A stretch of 27,439 bases of DNA from Vulcanimicrobiota bacterium (GCA_003135555.1 PLCF01000049.1:448-27886), one strand, 5' to 3'. Numbered from the stretch's first letter, positions 1 through 10,099 are shown. The notes: a model not told the origin generated them from the letters alone. Numbers and translations: made by a program.

Positions 1-773
1 ACGTCGCCGCTGCGCCCCGAGATCCCGAGCAAGCCCGAGCGGCGCTCGAGCATCTCCTCGAGCTCGCCGACCGTGACGCCGCCACGCAGCACGTGCACCA
101 GCAGCCCCGGGTCGACCGAGCCGCTGCGCGTCGCCATGGGCAGCCCATCAAGGGGCGTGTAACCCATCGTCGTGTCGATGCTCGCACCGCCGCGGATCGC
201 ACACAGCGACGACCCGCCGCCGAGATGCGCGGTCACGACCCGTGCGCGCGCGAGGTCGAGACCCGCGAGCGCGCACGCGCGATGTGCTGCGTACTCGTGA
301 CTCAAGCCGTGATAGCCCAACCGGCGCAAACCGGACTGGGTGAGGCTGCGGGGCAGCGCATACGTCGTGGCAGCGGCCGGCATGGTGCGATGGAATGCGC
401 TGTCGGCGACCGCGAGCTGCGGCAGCTCGGGGCGCAGCCGGCGCACGATAGCGACCGCCTCGAGCGCGCGAGCATCGTGGAGCGGGGCCTCGCCGGCGAC
501 TCCGCCGATCCGCTGGGCGGCGCTTTCGTCGAGCCGCAGCACCGGCGGCGATCCGTCGGGGAGCCGCACGAAGCGGTGCACGACGACGTCGGCCTCGCTC
601 CGGAGCACGGCTGCGAGCCCCTCTTCGAGCGCTGAGGTCTGCAATGCGATGGCCGGCGACGGCGGAGCGGCGAGCGGCGGCAGCGGCGAGAAAAGGTCGT
701 AGCGTTCGAGCTTGACACTGGTCGAACCGGCGTTGACGGTGACGACGCGCAGCCGCGCCGGTTCGCTGCTCAG
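1..773 (-). CDS. ackA: Acetate kinase (acetate/propionate kinase family), 3' end truncated by window edge
   Basis: Hand translation, absent from the ORF track: LRVVTVNAGSTSVK, APLH, DSAFHRTMP, RRLGYHGLSHEY, AHLGGGSSLCAI, DTTMGYTPLDGLPMATRSGSVDPG are acetate-kinase signature motifs. Start is uncertain; best candidate is CTG at 773 overlapping the upstream TGA. Confidence 0.9.
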   Translation of the reverse strand, partial: MSSEPARLRVVTVNAGSTSVKLERYDLFSPLPPLAAPPSPAIALQTSALEEGLAAVLRSEADVVVHRFVRLPDGSPPVLRLDESAAQRIGGVAGEAPLHDARALEAVAIVRRLRPELPQLAVADSAFHRTMPAAATTYALPRSLTQSGLRRLGYHGLSHEYAAHRACALAGLDLARARVVTAHLGGGSSLCAIRGGASIDTTMGYTPLDGLPMATRSGSVDPGLLVHVLRGGVTVGELEEMLERRSGLLGISGRSGD

Positions 774-946
774 GGTTGCCGCTCGCCCGACGAGATCTCG
801 CGCAGCAAGATCTCGACCTGCGCCAGTTCGTCGAGAATCGTGGTCAGCCGCTCGGGCGTCGGGTCGACGATGCCGTCGCGGAACGCCTCCACGTTCGATA
901 CGACGACGGTGAGATGATTGCGGATCTCGTGTACACGGTTGCTCAC
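770..946 (-). CDS. 58-aa stand-alone HisKA (DHp, phosphoacceptor/dimerisation) protein
   Basis: GTG at 946 overlaps the regulator stop (GTGA). Translation MSNRVHEIRNHLTVVVSNVEAFRDGIVDPTPERLTTILDELAQVEILLREISSGERQP* has an H-box (HEIRN) and a BaeS-like EA..DG...TPE helix-turn. Below the ORF-track size cutoff. Confidence 0.75.
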   Translation of the reverse strand: MSNRVHEIRNHLTVVVSNVEAFRDGIVDPTPERLTTILDELAQVEILLREISSGERQP

Positions 947-1644
947 GAAGGGTTGACCATTTTATAGCCGACACCCAACACCGTGACGATGTAGCGCGGG
1001 TTGGCCGGATCGGGTTCGATTCGCAACCGCAAGTTTGCGATATGGCGGTCGATCGTACGGTCGAAGACGTCGCCGTCGGCAGTCACGTGCTCCAGCAGCT
1101 GGTCGCGCGTGAGCGTTTGGCCCACGTGCGAGCACAGCACGTCGAGCATCTTGAACTGCGTCGGCGTGAGCGTGACGGACTTGCCGCCCACCCGCACCTC
1201 GTGGGCGACCAGATCCAACGTTATCGCGCCGATCCGCCGCTCGTGCGGCGACGTCCCGACTTCCGCACGCTCGTTGCGGCGCAGCACGGTCTTGACGCGA
1301 GCGACCACCTCTCGCGGACTGAACGGCTTGCTGACGTAGTCATCGGCGCCGAGCTCGAGCCCGACCACGCGGTCGATCTCATCGGCTCGACCGGTGAGCA
1401 TGATGATCGGCACGTTGCGCACCGAGCGCATCCGGCGTAGCACGTCGGTCCCGGGGAACCCCGGCAAGTTGACGTCGAGCACCACCAGATCCGGGCGATG
1501 GCGCTCGAACAGGTCGATCGCCGTCGGACCGTCCGGGGCATAGACGACGTTGAACGAGTCCTCGCGCAGATAGCGCAGCAGGATTTCTACCACGGCCGGC
1601 TCGTCGTCGACGACCAGCACGGTCCGCCCGGTCATCGCGGTCAT
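943..1644 (-). CDS. OmpR/PhoB-family response regulator
   Basis: Receiver motifs VVDDE, LDVNLPG (phospho-Asp), MLTG, GADDYVSKPF; winged helix RTIDRHIANLR...TVLGVGY. Alternative start at 1635. Confidence 0.95.
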   Translation of the reverse strand: MTAMTGRTVLVVDDEPAVVEILLRYLREDSFNVVYAPDGPTAIDLFERHRPDLVVLDVNLPGFPGTDVLRRMRSVRNVPIIMLTGRADEIDRVVGLELGADDYVSKPFSPREVVARVKTVLRRNERAEVGTSPHERRIGAITLDLVAHEVRVGGKSVTLTPTQFKMLDVLCSHVGQTLTRDQLLEHVTADGDVFDRTIDRHIANLRLRIEPDPANPRYIVTVLGVGYKMVNPS

Positions 1645-1716
1645 GATCGCCCAAGTTCGGCCGTCCGTACCGGCGGTCCCGTGTCCGCAGATTTCATTTC
1701 GAGCCTCGGTCGACGA

Positions 1717-2214
1717 TCAGCCGCCGTGCTTTGCGGCCTCGGTTTTCTCATACTCCGAGCGAAGCTCGCGCCGGACGCCGTCTAAGAGGGAAACGAACGT
1801 GGCGTGCGCGATTCGGCGGCCCACGACGTCGTCGAAGAGCTTTCCGGCGACACCGCCGGGCGGTTCGTATCGACCGCCGAGCTCGAGCTCGCATTCAGCG
1901 TAGTCCTCACCCGCGCGGAGTGTAATCGTGCCCTCGAAGCCGGGCGTCGGGATACCGCGCGAGGTCTGCCCCGCGGTCCAGGCAATGCTATAGCGCGATG
2001 TGAAGTTCTCCGTGCCGGCGATGCGCTGCGTCACCGCGGTGACGTCGCGCGCAATCTCGCGCCCCGGCGCCACCGGGACGACGAGCGCGAGAACGCAGCG
2101 GCCTTCGCCGGCTCCGGGTTCGAGGCCTAGCCTGCGCTCGAGGGCCCCTACGGCCTGCACGTAGGGCGCTTCCAAATAGACGCGCTCGCGGACTTCTGTC
2201 ATACGATCGAGCAT
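1717..2214 (-). CDS. Hypothetical protein, paralog of 2256-2675 (possibly SRPBCC/START-like fold)
   Basis: ATG at 2214 with GAGG 8 nt upstream (alternative 2202). Shares motif F.GT....C..E..G.Y.PP.G.AG..FD...G.RIA.AT...LL with its neighbour. The fold is inference. Confidence 0.7.
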   Translation of the reverse strand: MLDRMTEVRERVYLEAPYVQAVGALERRLGLEPGAGEGRCVLALVVPVAPGREIARDVTAVTQRIAGTENFTSRYSIAWTAGQTSRGIPTPGFEGTITLRAGEDYAECELELGGRYEPPGGVAGKLFDDVVGRRIAHATFVSLLDGVRRELRSEYEKTEAAKHGG

Positions 2215-2255
2215 ACCATAAACCTCAGCGCTCGAATTCGGCCCCTGGGTCGGCG

Positions 2256-2675
2256 CTAGTTCATTTTGAGCAGGAGCCGCTTGATCTCCGCGAGCAGCTC
2301 GGATGCGGTCGCCTGCGCGATGCGTTGTCCGAACGCCGTATCGAACACCGCGCCGGCGATGCCGAACGGCGGGCGGTAGCTGCCGTCGATCTCGATGCGG
2401 CACCAGCCGATCGCGTCCTCCGCGACGCTGAGCGTTCCGGAAAAGCTGGGATAGGGTCCGCCGTCTTTCGGCATCCACGATACGTCGAGCAGTCGGTACC
2501 CGGGATATGCAGGCTTGGTCTTGAGGTGAAAGTCGACGTCTCGCTCGACCGTGAGGTGACCGAAGCGAACGCGCAGCGGAAGGACGGCGTCGCCGCCGTC
2601 GAAATGCGCGTACAGGCGGTCGGGAACCTCATCGAACGGACACGCTACGGTCGTGAATTCACGTATGTTGCTCAT
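2256..2675 (-). CDS. Hypothetical protein, paralog of 1717-2214
   Basis: ORF MSNIREFTTVACP...FSGTLSV...CRIEIDGSYRPPFGIAGAVFDTAFGQRIAQATASELL; starts a few nt after the upstream stop (GTG 2678 or ATG 2675). Confidence 0.75.
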   Translation of the reverse strand: MSNIREFTTVACPFDEVPDRLYAHFDGGDAVLPLRVRFGHLTVERDVDFHLKTKPAYPGYRLLDVSWMPKDGGPYPSFSGTLSVAEDAIGWCRIEIDGSYRPPFGIAGAVFDTAFGQRIAQATASELLAEIKRLLLKMN

Positions 2676-2682
2676 CACGCAG

Positions 2683-3846
2683 CTACCGTTTGGCCTTCGC
2701 GACCGGCATCGTCCACCACACGAACACGCGCCATGCCGGCGTGCCCACTCGGTCGACGCCGTTCCCGACGTTGGTCCCGGAGAGCCCCGCTTCCGTGTAC
2801 AGCCGCAGATATCGCGCGAGCTGCACCGTGAGGTCGATGTTGCCGTAGTGGTTGATCGTCCCCATCCCGTCGTCGGTCATCTCCCGCCGGAACCCGACGA
2901 GCACTTTGTCCTTGAAGAGCGGCTGGTAGACGTTGAGCGTGTATCCACGGCTGTTTGCGGGCACGGTGGCTCCGGCCGCGGGATAGCTGTCGTGCGTGGT
3001 TTGGTAGACGAAGAATACACCCGGCACCCCGTGCGTGGGATCGCGCTGCACGTATCCGGCCAGCGCCGCATACCGGTCGGTCAGGCCGTCGGAGATGGGG
3101 AAGGTTCCGGTTGCGCCGTAGACTCCGACCTCGAGCGGACTCTTGGGCCGCATGAAGGCGGCGCGGTACTGCAACGCTTTCCCGTTGCCCGGGACCCAGT
3201 CTGTCGCACCGTTCAGGTCGGCGGTGCTGCCGACGTACGCTGCGTCGACGCTCACCGAACCTCGGAGGTATCCGGCCTTCGCGCCCCACCGGTTCGCGTC
3301 AAGCTCGTAGGTGTGTTCGCCGACCGTCACCTCCGGCGTGTTGAAGGGCGCGATCTCGATCCACATGCTGTACGGCGATGGCGCGGGAACTTCCAGCTTG
3401 CCGACTTCGAGGTACCCGTTATGCTTGAAGAGGTTGTTGTAGCTGACCCAGGCGGTGTCCAGCCCGCCGGCCTGGTTGCCGTTCACGAGCCACTGCTGCA
3501 CGTGGTACGACCAGTTGTCGCCCGCCAGCCCGACGGCGTGGATGGCGACGCTTCCCCATACGACTTTGTGCGTGTCGGGGGCAGGTGCTTGTGAGTCGTA
3601 GCGCGTCTGATAGTTGACCCAGAGCGGGACGACCTTCTTGAGGACGGCCGCGTCCATGTACGCGTACTGCGAACGCTGGACGTATCGCCCGTATGCGTTC
3701 AAGGCCGGCACCGCGGTGTGGCACTGCGAACACGCGACGCCGTATGCTTCTCCAAAGGTCGGCATCGCGAGGGTCGGCGCGCGGTTGACGACGACGAGCG
3801 CTGCTGCGAACCCGACGCCTAACGCGAATCGAAGCGCGCGTGTCAT
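2683..3846 (-). CDS. Monoheme cytochrome c fused to probable outer-membrane beta-barrel (Cyc2-like)
   Basis: ATG 3846 overlaps the upstream TGA. Signal peptide, then AMPTFGEAYGVACSQCHTAVPALN (single CxxCH), then alternating aromatic/Gly beta-strand pattern ending WRVFVWWT. Confidence 0.7.
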   Translation of the reverse strand: MTRALRFALGVGFAAALVVVNRAPTLAMPTFGEAYGVACSQCHTAVPALNAYGRYVQRSQYAYMDAAVLKKVVPLWVNYQTRYDSQAPAPDTHKVVWGSVAIHAVGLAGDNWSYHVQQWLVNGNQAGGLDTAWVSYNNLFKHNGYLEVGKLEVPAPSPYSMWIEIAPFNTPEVTVGEHTYELDANRWGAKAGYLRGSVSVDAAYVGSTADLNGATDWVPGNGKALQYRAAFMRPKSPLEVGVYGATGTFPISDGLTDRYAALAGYVQRDPTHGVPGVFFVYQTTHDSYPAAGATVPANSRGYTLNVYQPLFKDKVLVGFRREMTDDGMGTINHYGNIDLTVQLARYLRLYTEAGLSGTNVGNGVDRVGTPAWRVFVWWTMPVAKAKR

Positions 3847-4217
3847 GGCCTCACCACGACCGTCAACGCCATATCCGCGTGGCCTGGACCGCACATGATC
3901 GCGCACGGGATCTTGTACGTTCCCGCTTTCTTCGGGGTGACGCTGATCGACACGGGCTTGTCCGGCGCGATCATCGTAGACGGGATCCCGAGTTCCTTCG
4001 AAACGATGCCGTGGACGCCGCCCGCCGACGTGAAACGCAACGTCTGGCGCTTACCCGCGCGCAGAACGATGTGGTCGGGGGCGAACTTTTGGTCGGCTGT
4101 CGCCACGATGTTGATGACGGGCACGGCCGGCTTCGCAGGCGCGGCAGCGCCGATGGGGGCCGCACCCGTGGCGGCGACCAACATGGCCGCGGAAAGGGCA
4201 ATCACTATCGCACGCAT
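3843..4217 (-). CDS. Secreted cupredoxin with CuA-type ligand set
   Basis: RBS GGAGGAG before ATG 4217; Ala-rich signal peptide; VHG plus CAIMCGPGHADM (CxxxCxxxHxxM as in CoxB/NosZ CuA sites). Confidence 0.85.
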   Translation of the reverse strand: MRAIVIALSAAMLVAATGAAPIGAAAPAKPAVPVINIVATADQKFAPDHIVLRAGKRQTLRFTSAGGVHGIVSKELGIPSTMIAPDKPVSISVTPKKAGTYKIPCAIMCGPGHADMALTVVVRP

Positions 4218-4274
4218 GGTACTCCTCCGCTCGATCGTAGAGCGGCTGTGGGAACGCGCTGCGAACGGCGGGTC

Positions 4275-4304
4275 GGGGCGTGTGAACGGATCTTCACACG
4301 CCCC
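4275..4304. promoter_or_regulatory. Perfect 12-bp inverted repeat in divergent intergenic region (candidate operator or hairpin)
   Basis: GGGGCGTGTGAA-cggatc-TTCACACGCCCC, 58-87 nt upstream of the cupredoxin start. Confidence 0.5.
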
Positions 4305-4436
4305 TTCATCGCGCGTGCACGCGCGCTCCATACCATTGCCACGGTATGAGTACGGCGGTTTCCACGCTCGAAGAGCCGATCGCGGGCGCGCTAGGCTTCA
4401 CAGAGTGATCACACGGCATGACTCCGGAGGTTGGCT

Positions 4437-4880
4437 ATGACCGGGATGCTCGATCCGGTGACGATGGACGCGCTGTTGAGATCCGAGACAGTCGCGCATC
4501 TCGCATGCATCCGAGCCGACGGTCGGCCGTACGTCGTGCCCATCACCTATGCCTATGATGGAGAGGCTCTGTACTCGTACAGTGCCGACGGCGACAAGCT
4601 GGATGCGCTGCGTGCCAACCCCTCGGTGTGCGTGGTCGTCGACCGTGTCGAGGACGCTGCCAACTGGGTCAGCGTCCTCGCGTGGGGCACGTTCCGCGAG
4701 TTGGCCGACGGGTCTGCCGCACAGGCTCTACGGCTGATCAGCGAACGCTTGCGTACGGTAGCGCTTGCGGATGCGGCGCCGGGTTCGGCCGAACGGAGTT
4801 ACGTCGGCCGCACCGGACGTGACGGCGTCACGTACCGCATCGCGATCGCCGAACGCACGGGGCGCTTCTCCAAGAGTTGA
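4437..4880 (+). CDS. Pyridoxamine 5'-phosphate oxidase-like (NimA-type) flavin-binding protein
   Basis: GGAGG RBS at 4426-4430, ATG 4437; motifs AHLAC...DGRPYVVPITY, GDKLDALRANPSVCV, WVSVLAWG, RTGR. Confidence 0.85.
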   Translation: MTGMLDPVTMDALLRSETVAHLACIRADGRPYVVPITYAYDGEALYSYSADGDKLDALRANPSVCVVVDRVEDAANWVSVLAWGTFRELADGSAAQALRLISERLRTVALADAAPGSAERSYVGRTGRDGVTYRIAIAERTGRFSKS

Positions 4881-4919
4881 CCGGCCTTTTCGGTAAATCG
4901 AACATACGTTCGATCCAAC

Positions 4920-4975
4920 TGTCATGCCGAGCCCCGTCTTGTCATGCTGAGCCCCGTCGAAGCATGGGCCACCAT
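4920..4975 (+). repeat. REP-like hairpin repeat copy 1 (CATGCT/AGCATG stem variant) preceded by a partial copy
   Basis: TGTCATGCTGAGCCCCGTCGAAGCATGGGCCACCAT at 4940-4975; partial TGTCATGCCGAGCCCCGTC at 4920-4938. Confidence 0.8.
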
Positions 4976-5039
4976 CGTCGCCGCGGCGCGGCCAAGGGTG
5001 ACAACCACCGGGCGAGTTACGTAAAACCCCGCCGCCTGG

Positions 5040-5068
5040 TTGCCGCAGGGTTGCATGTGGGCTATAGT
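5040..5068 (+). promoter_or_regulatory. Sigma70-type promoter of the dcw operon
   Basis: TTGCCG (5040-5045), 17-nt spacer, TATAGT (5063-5068), directly upstream of mraZ. Confidence 0.65.
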
Positions 5069-5100
5069 GGTCGACAGTGGATCACAGTGGGGCTCAGTGG
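5057..5100 (+). promoter_or_regulatory. MraZ-binding direct repeats (GTGG boxes, 10-bp period)
   Basis: GTGG at 5057, 5067, 5077, 5087 and 5097, matching the known MraZ operator architecture upstream of mraZ. Confidence 0.85.
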
Positions 5101-5108
5101 AGGTCCTG

Positions 5109-5546
5109 ATGGACCGTCCGCTGTTCACAGGTTCGGTCGAGCATAGCCTAGACGATAAGGGCCGTCTCGTCGTGCCCGCACGCTTCCGCGAGCGGCTGGG
5201 TGCCGGCTTCTTTCTCACCATCGCCGAGCCCGACCCGTGTCTGGCGCTTTATCCGGCCTCCGCCTGGGGTGACGTCTGCGCCCGCATCGAGGCCGCCCCG
5301 GTCAAAGATGCACGCTTCCGCAGCTACGTGCGCCACCTCTTCGCCAATACCGAAGAGCTCAGCACCGACGCCCAAGGCCGGCTGGTCATCCCGGCCGCGT
5401 TGCGCGCCTACGCCGGGATCGACAAGGAAGTGATCTCGATCGGCTCGCTCACCCGCGTCGAGGTCTGGGCCAAGGACCGCTACGCGAAGCACGTCCGCGA
5501 CCGCGGCGAGCTGCCCGACATCGCCTCGGAGCTGGGGCTGTTTTGA
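5109..5546 (+). CDS. mraZ: Division/cell-wall cluster transcriptional repressor MraZ
   Basis: GGAGG then ATG 5109; two DxxGRLxxP motifs (DDKGRLVVP, DAQGRLVIP); first gene of dcw. Confidence 0.96.
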   Translation: MDRPLFTGSVEHSLDDKGRLVVPARFRERLGAGFFLTIAEPDPCLALYPASAWGDVCARIEAAPVKDARFRSYVRHLFANTEELSTDAQGRLVIPAALRAYAGIDKEVISIGSLTRVEVWAKDRYAKHVRDRGELPDIASELGLF

Positions 5547-6422
5547 TTGCCGCCCCACGTTCCGGTCCTGGCGCGACAAACGGTGGACGCACTAGCGATC
5601 CGCTCGGATGGAACCTACATCGACGCAACGTTCGGTGCCGGTGGGCACTCGGCGCTGATCCTTGCGGCCCTGAATGCGCGGGGCCGGCTGGTCGCGTTCG
5701 ATGCGGACCCCTCGGCGGGCGCGCACGCGCTCGCCGACCCGCGCTTCACGCTGCTGCACGCGAACTTCCGCGATTTGGCGTCGAGTCTCGACGCGCTGGA
5801 GATCGCGCAGGTCGATGGGGTTCTTTTCGATTTGGGGGTGAGCTCGATGCAGTTCGATGAGGGCGAGCGCGGCTTCTCGTTCCGCGTCGCCGCGCCGCTG
5901 GACATGCGCATGAACCCCGCTGCCGGCGAGAGCGCCGCGGAGTTTTTGGCGCTCCGCGACGAGCGCGTTATCGCCGACACCATTTACGAGTACGGCGAGG
6001 AGCGCAAGTCGCGCCGCATCGCGCGCGCCATCGTCGCGCTGCGCGAGGCCGGCACGCCGGTGCGCGACACGCTCGATCTCGCCGGGGTCGTCGCGCGCGC
6101 CGTGCGCGCCCCCGCGCACGCCAAGATCCACCCGGCCACGCGCACGTTCCAAGCCCTGCGCATCGCGGTCAACGACGAGCTCGGCGCGCTGCGCGAGGGG
6201 CTCGACGCCGCCCTCGCGCGCACCGCGCCGGGCGGCCGCATCGCCGTCATCAGCTTCCACTCGCTCGAGGATCGCATCGTGAAGCACACCTTCCGGGAGG
6301 ATCCGCGCGTGCGCGTCCTCACTCGCAAGCCGATCGTCGCCGCGGGTGACGAAATCGCTTCGAACCCGCGGGCGCGCAGCGCCAAGCTGCGGGCCGCCGA
6401 ACGCATCGCGGTGGCGGCATGA
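5547..6422 (+). CDS. rsmH: 16S rRNA m4C1402 methyltransferase RsmH (MraW)
   Basis: HVPVL, DATFGAGGHS, DLGVSSMQ, RGFSF, HPATRTFQALRIAVN, ISFHSLEDRIVK, NPRARSAKLR. Confidence 0.97.
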   Translation: MPPHVPVLARQTVDALAIRSDGTYIDATFGAGGHSALILAALNARGRLVAFDADPSAGAHALADPRFTLLHANFRDLASSLDALEIAQVDGVLFDLGVSSMQFDEGERGFSFRVAAPLDMRMNPAAGESAAEFLALRDERVIADTIYEYGEERKSRRIARAIVALREAGTPVRDTLDLAGVVARAVRAPAHAKIHPATRTFQALRIAVNDELGALREGLDAALARTAPGGRIAVISFHSLEDRIVKHTFREDPRVRVLTRKPIVAAGDEIASNPRARSAKLRAAERIAVAA

Positions 6423-6844
6423 TCGCCGCGCAGCGTGTCGAGCCCGAGCTGCGGCGCATCGACCGCGTCCGCCACGCCGCCGACCGGCGCGTGCGCCGCA
6501 CCCGCCGCCGTTTGCACCGGCCGGTCCACGCCGTCGCCACCCTGACGATCCTCTTGCTGCTGCCGCTGCTGGGCTACGTCGCATTGACCTCGCGGATCAC
6601 CTCGCAGAGCTTCGCGCTGGTCCGCGCCGAGCACGATCGCACGGCGCTCGTCGACGAAACGCAACGGCTCGACGACCGCATCGCGCAGCTCCAGTCGCCC
6701 GAGCGCCTCGCCGCGCTCGCCGCGAACCTCAAGCTGCACGACCCGCACGTGTACGCCGTCGTACGCATCCCCGAGCCGAAGGCGCAGCCCCGGCCGACCG
6801 GGCTGGCGTTCTTCGGGACCTTGTTCAGCGGCAGCAGCCGGTAA
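6419..6844 (+). CDS. ftsL: Cell division protein FtsL-like
   Basis: Position between rsmH and the PBP; basic N-terminus, one TM helix, coiled coil ending LQSPERLAALA. Confidence 0.7.
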   Translation: MIAAQRVEPELRRIDRVRHAADRRVRRTRRRLHRPVHAVATLTILLLLPLLGYVALTSRITSQSFALVRAEHDRTALVDETQRLDDRIAQLQSPERLAALAANLKLHDPHVYAVVRIPEPKAQPRPTGLAFFGTLFSGSSR

Positions 6845-6848
6845 TCTG

Positions 6849-8614
6849 ATGGCGGCACGTGCCTTTGCGCGCGTCCCGCCGCTGCGCGCGAAGGTCGCGA
6901 TCGTGTTCCTGACCGTCTTGGCGCTCGCGCTGGCGCTGCGCCTGGGCGAGCTGCAAATCCGCGAAGGCCCCAGCCTGGCGCACAAAGCGCTGCGCCAGCA
7001 CGGTCACACGGTCGAGACCTTCGCCAAGCGCGGTGCGATTCTCGACCGCAACGGCGGCGTGCTCGCGCATTCGCTGGCGTCGGAATCGATCTACGCGGTA
7101 CCGCCCGACGTGCTCGACCCGCACGCCGTCGCGGTGAAGCTCGCGCCGCTGCTGCACAAGCCTGCGCCCAACATCGAAGCGGCGTTGCGCGACAAGATCT
7201 CGTTCCGCTGGTTGGCGCGCAAGGTCCCGCACGACGTCGCCAAGCGCGTCGACGCGCTGGCGATCCCGGGAATCGTCACGAAAGGCGAGGAGACCGGACT
7301 GCGCTTCGTCTCGTCGGGGCGCCTTGCGTCGACGGTGGTCGGCTTCACCGGAACCGACGAGAACGGCTTGGACGGCCTGGAGTACTCGCTCGACAAGCTG
7401 TTGCGCGGCACACCGGGGCGCATGCGCATCGAAGCCGATCAGTTCAACCGCGCGATCCCGTTCGGCGAGACGCAGGTCGTCGAGCGCGCCGTCCCCGGCA
7501 ACACGATCGTCACCACGCTGGACCCGTACCTGCAATTCGAAGCCGAGCGGCTGCTGCGCACCGCGATGAAGAAGTGGAGCGCGCGCAGCGCGACCGCGCT
7601 GGTGATGGATCCGTGGACCGGCGAGCTGCTCGCGGTCGCCAACTTGCCCGACTTCGATCCGACCCACTTCGGTGCGTTCGGCAGCGATACGTGGCGCGAC
7701 CGCGCGATCAGCGACGCCTACGAGCCCGGTTCGACCTTCAAGCTCATCACCGCGGCGGCGGCGCTCGAGAGCGGAAAGTTCCCGGCCGGCGTGCGCTTCC
7801 CGGCGCGCGATGCGATCGAGGTCGGCGGGCGCACGATCCACAACGCCGAGGACGGGTTGATGGCGAGCGGCCGGGGCAGCGAGTCGATCGAAGAGATCGT
7901 CGCGCTCTCACACAACGTCGGCGCCGCCGAGATCGGGCTCGCCACCGGACCGACGGCGATGTACCGCACCATCCGCAAGTTCGGGTTCGGCGATGCGACC
8001 AAGGTCGAGCTTTCGGGCGAGAACCCCGGGATCGTCACCAAGCCCGCCGACTGGAGCGGTTCGTCGCTGGCGACGATCTCGTTCGGCCACGGCATCTCGA
8101 TAACGCCGCTCGCCCTGGCGCGCGCCTACTGCGCGATCGCCAACGGCGGCCTGCTGCTGCGCCCGCGCATCGTCTCGGCGATCGAGGACGCCAACGGCAA
8201 ACTGATCTACCGCTACGGCACGGAGGTCGAGCACCGCGTCATTACCGAGCGCACCGCGGCGACGCTGCGCGGCTACCTGCGCACCGCCGTCCTGCACGGC
8301 ACCGGCAATCCGACGGCGCAAGTCGCCGGCTACACCACCGCCGGAAAGACCGGGACCGCCCAGGTCGTCGAAAACGGGGTCTATCTGGGCGGCGCCTACA
8401 TCGCGTCGTTCGTCGGGATGATCCCGGCCGACCACCCGCGCTATCTGATCCTGGTCAAGGTCGAACGCCCGCACGGCTCGATCTACGGCTCGCAGGTCGC
8501 CGCGCCGGTGTTCGCGCAGCTCGCCCGGGCCGCGATGTTCCACGCCGGCGTGATGCCGGCCGCCGGCCCGGCGCGCTTGGTCAGTTCGGGCCGCGCGCCG
8601 AACGGAACGCGTTG

Positions 8615-8615
<1 letters not shown>
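6849..8615 (+). CDS. ftsI: Class B penicillin-binding protein (FtsI/PBP3-type transpeptidase)
   Basis: RGAILDRNG, GLDGLE, catalytic EPGSTFK (SxxK), SHN (SxN), KTGT; N-terminal TM helix; dcw position. Confidence 0.93.

Positions 8616-10095
<1,480 letters not shown>

Positions 10096-10099
<4 letters not shown>

Noticed and set aside
93..912. Plus-strand ORFs and the 302-718 minus-strand ORF
   Set aside because: They are shadows of ackA and the mini-DHp, which carry recognisable motifs in other frames.
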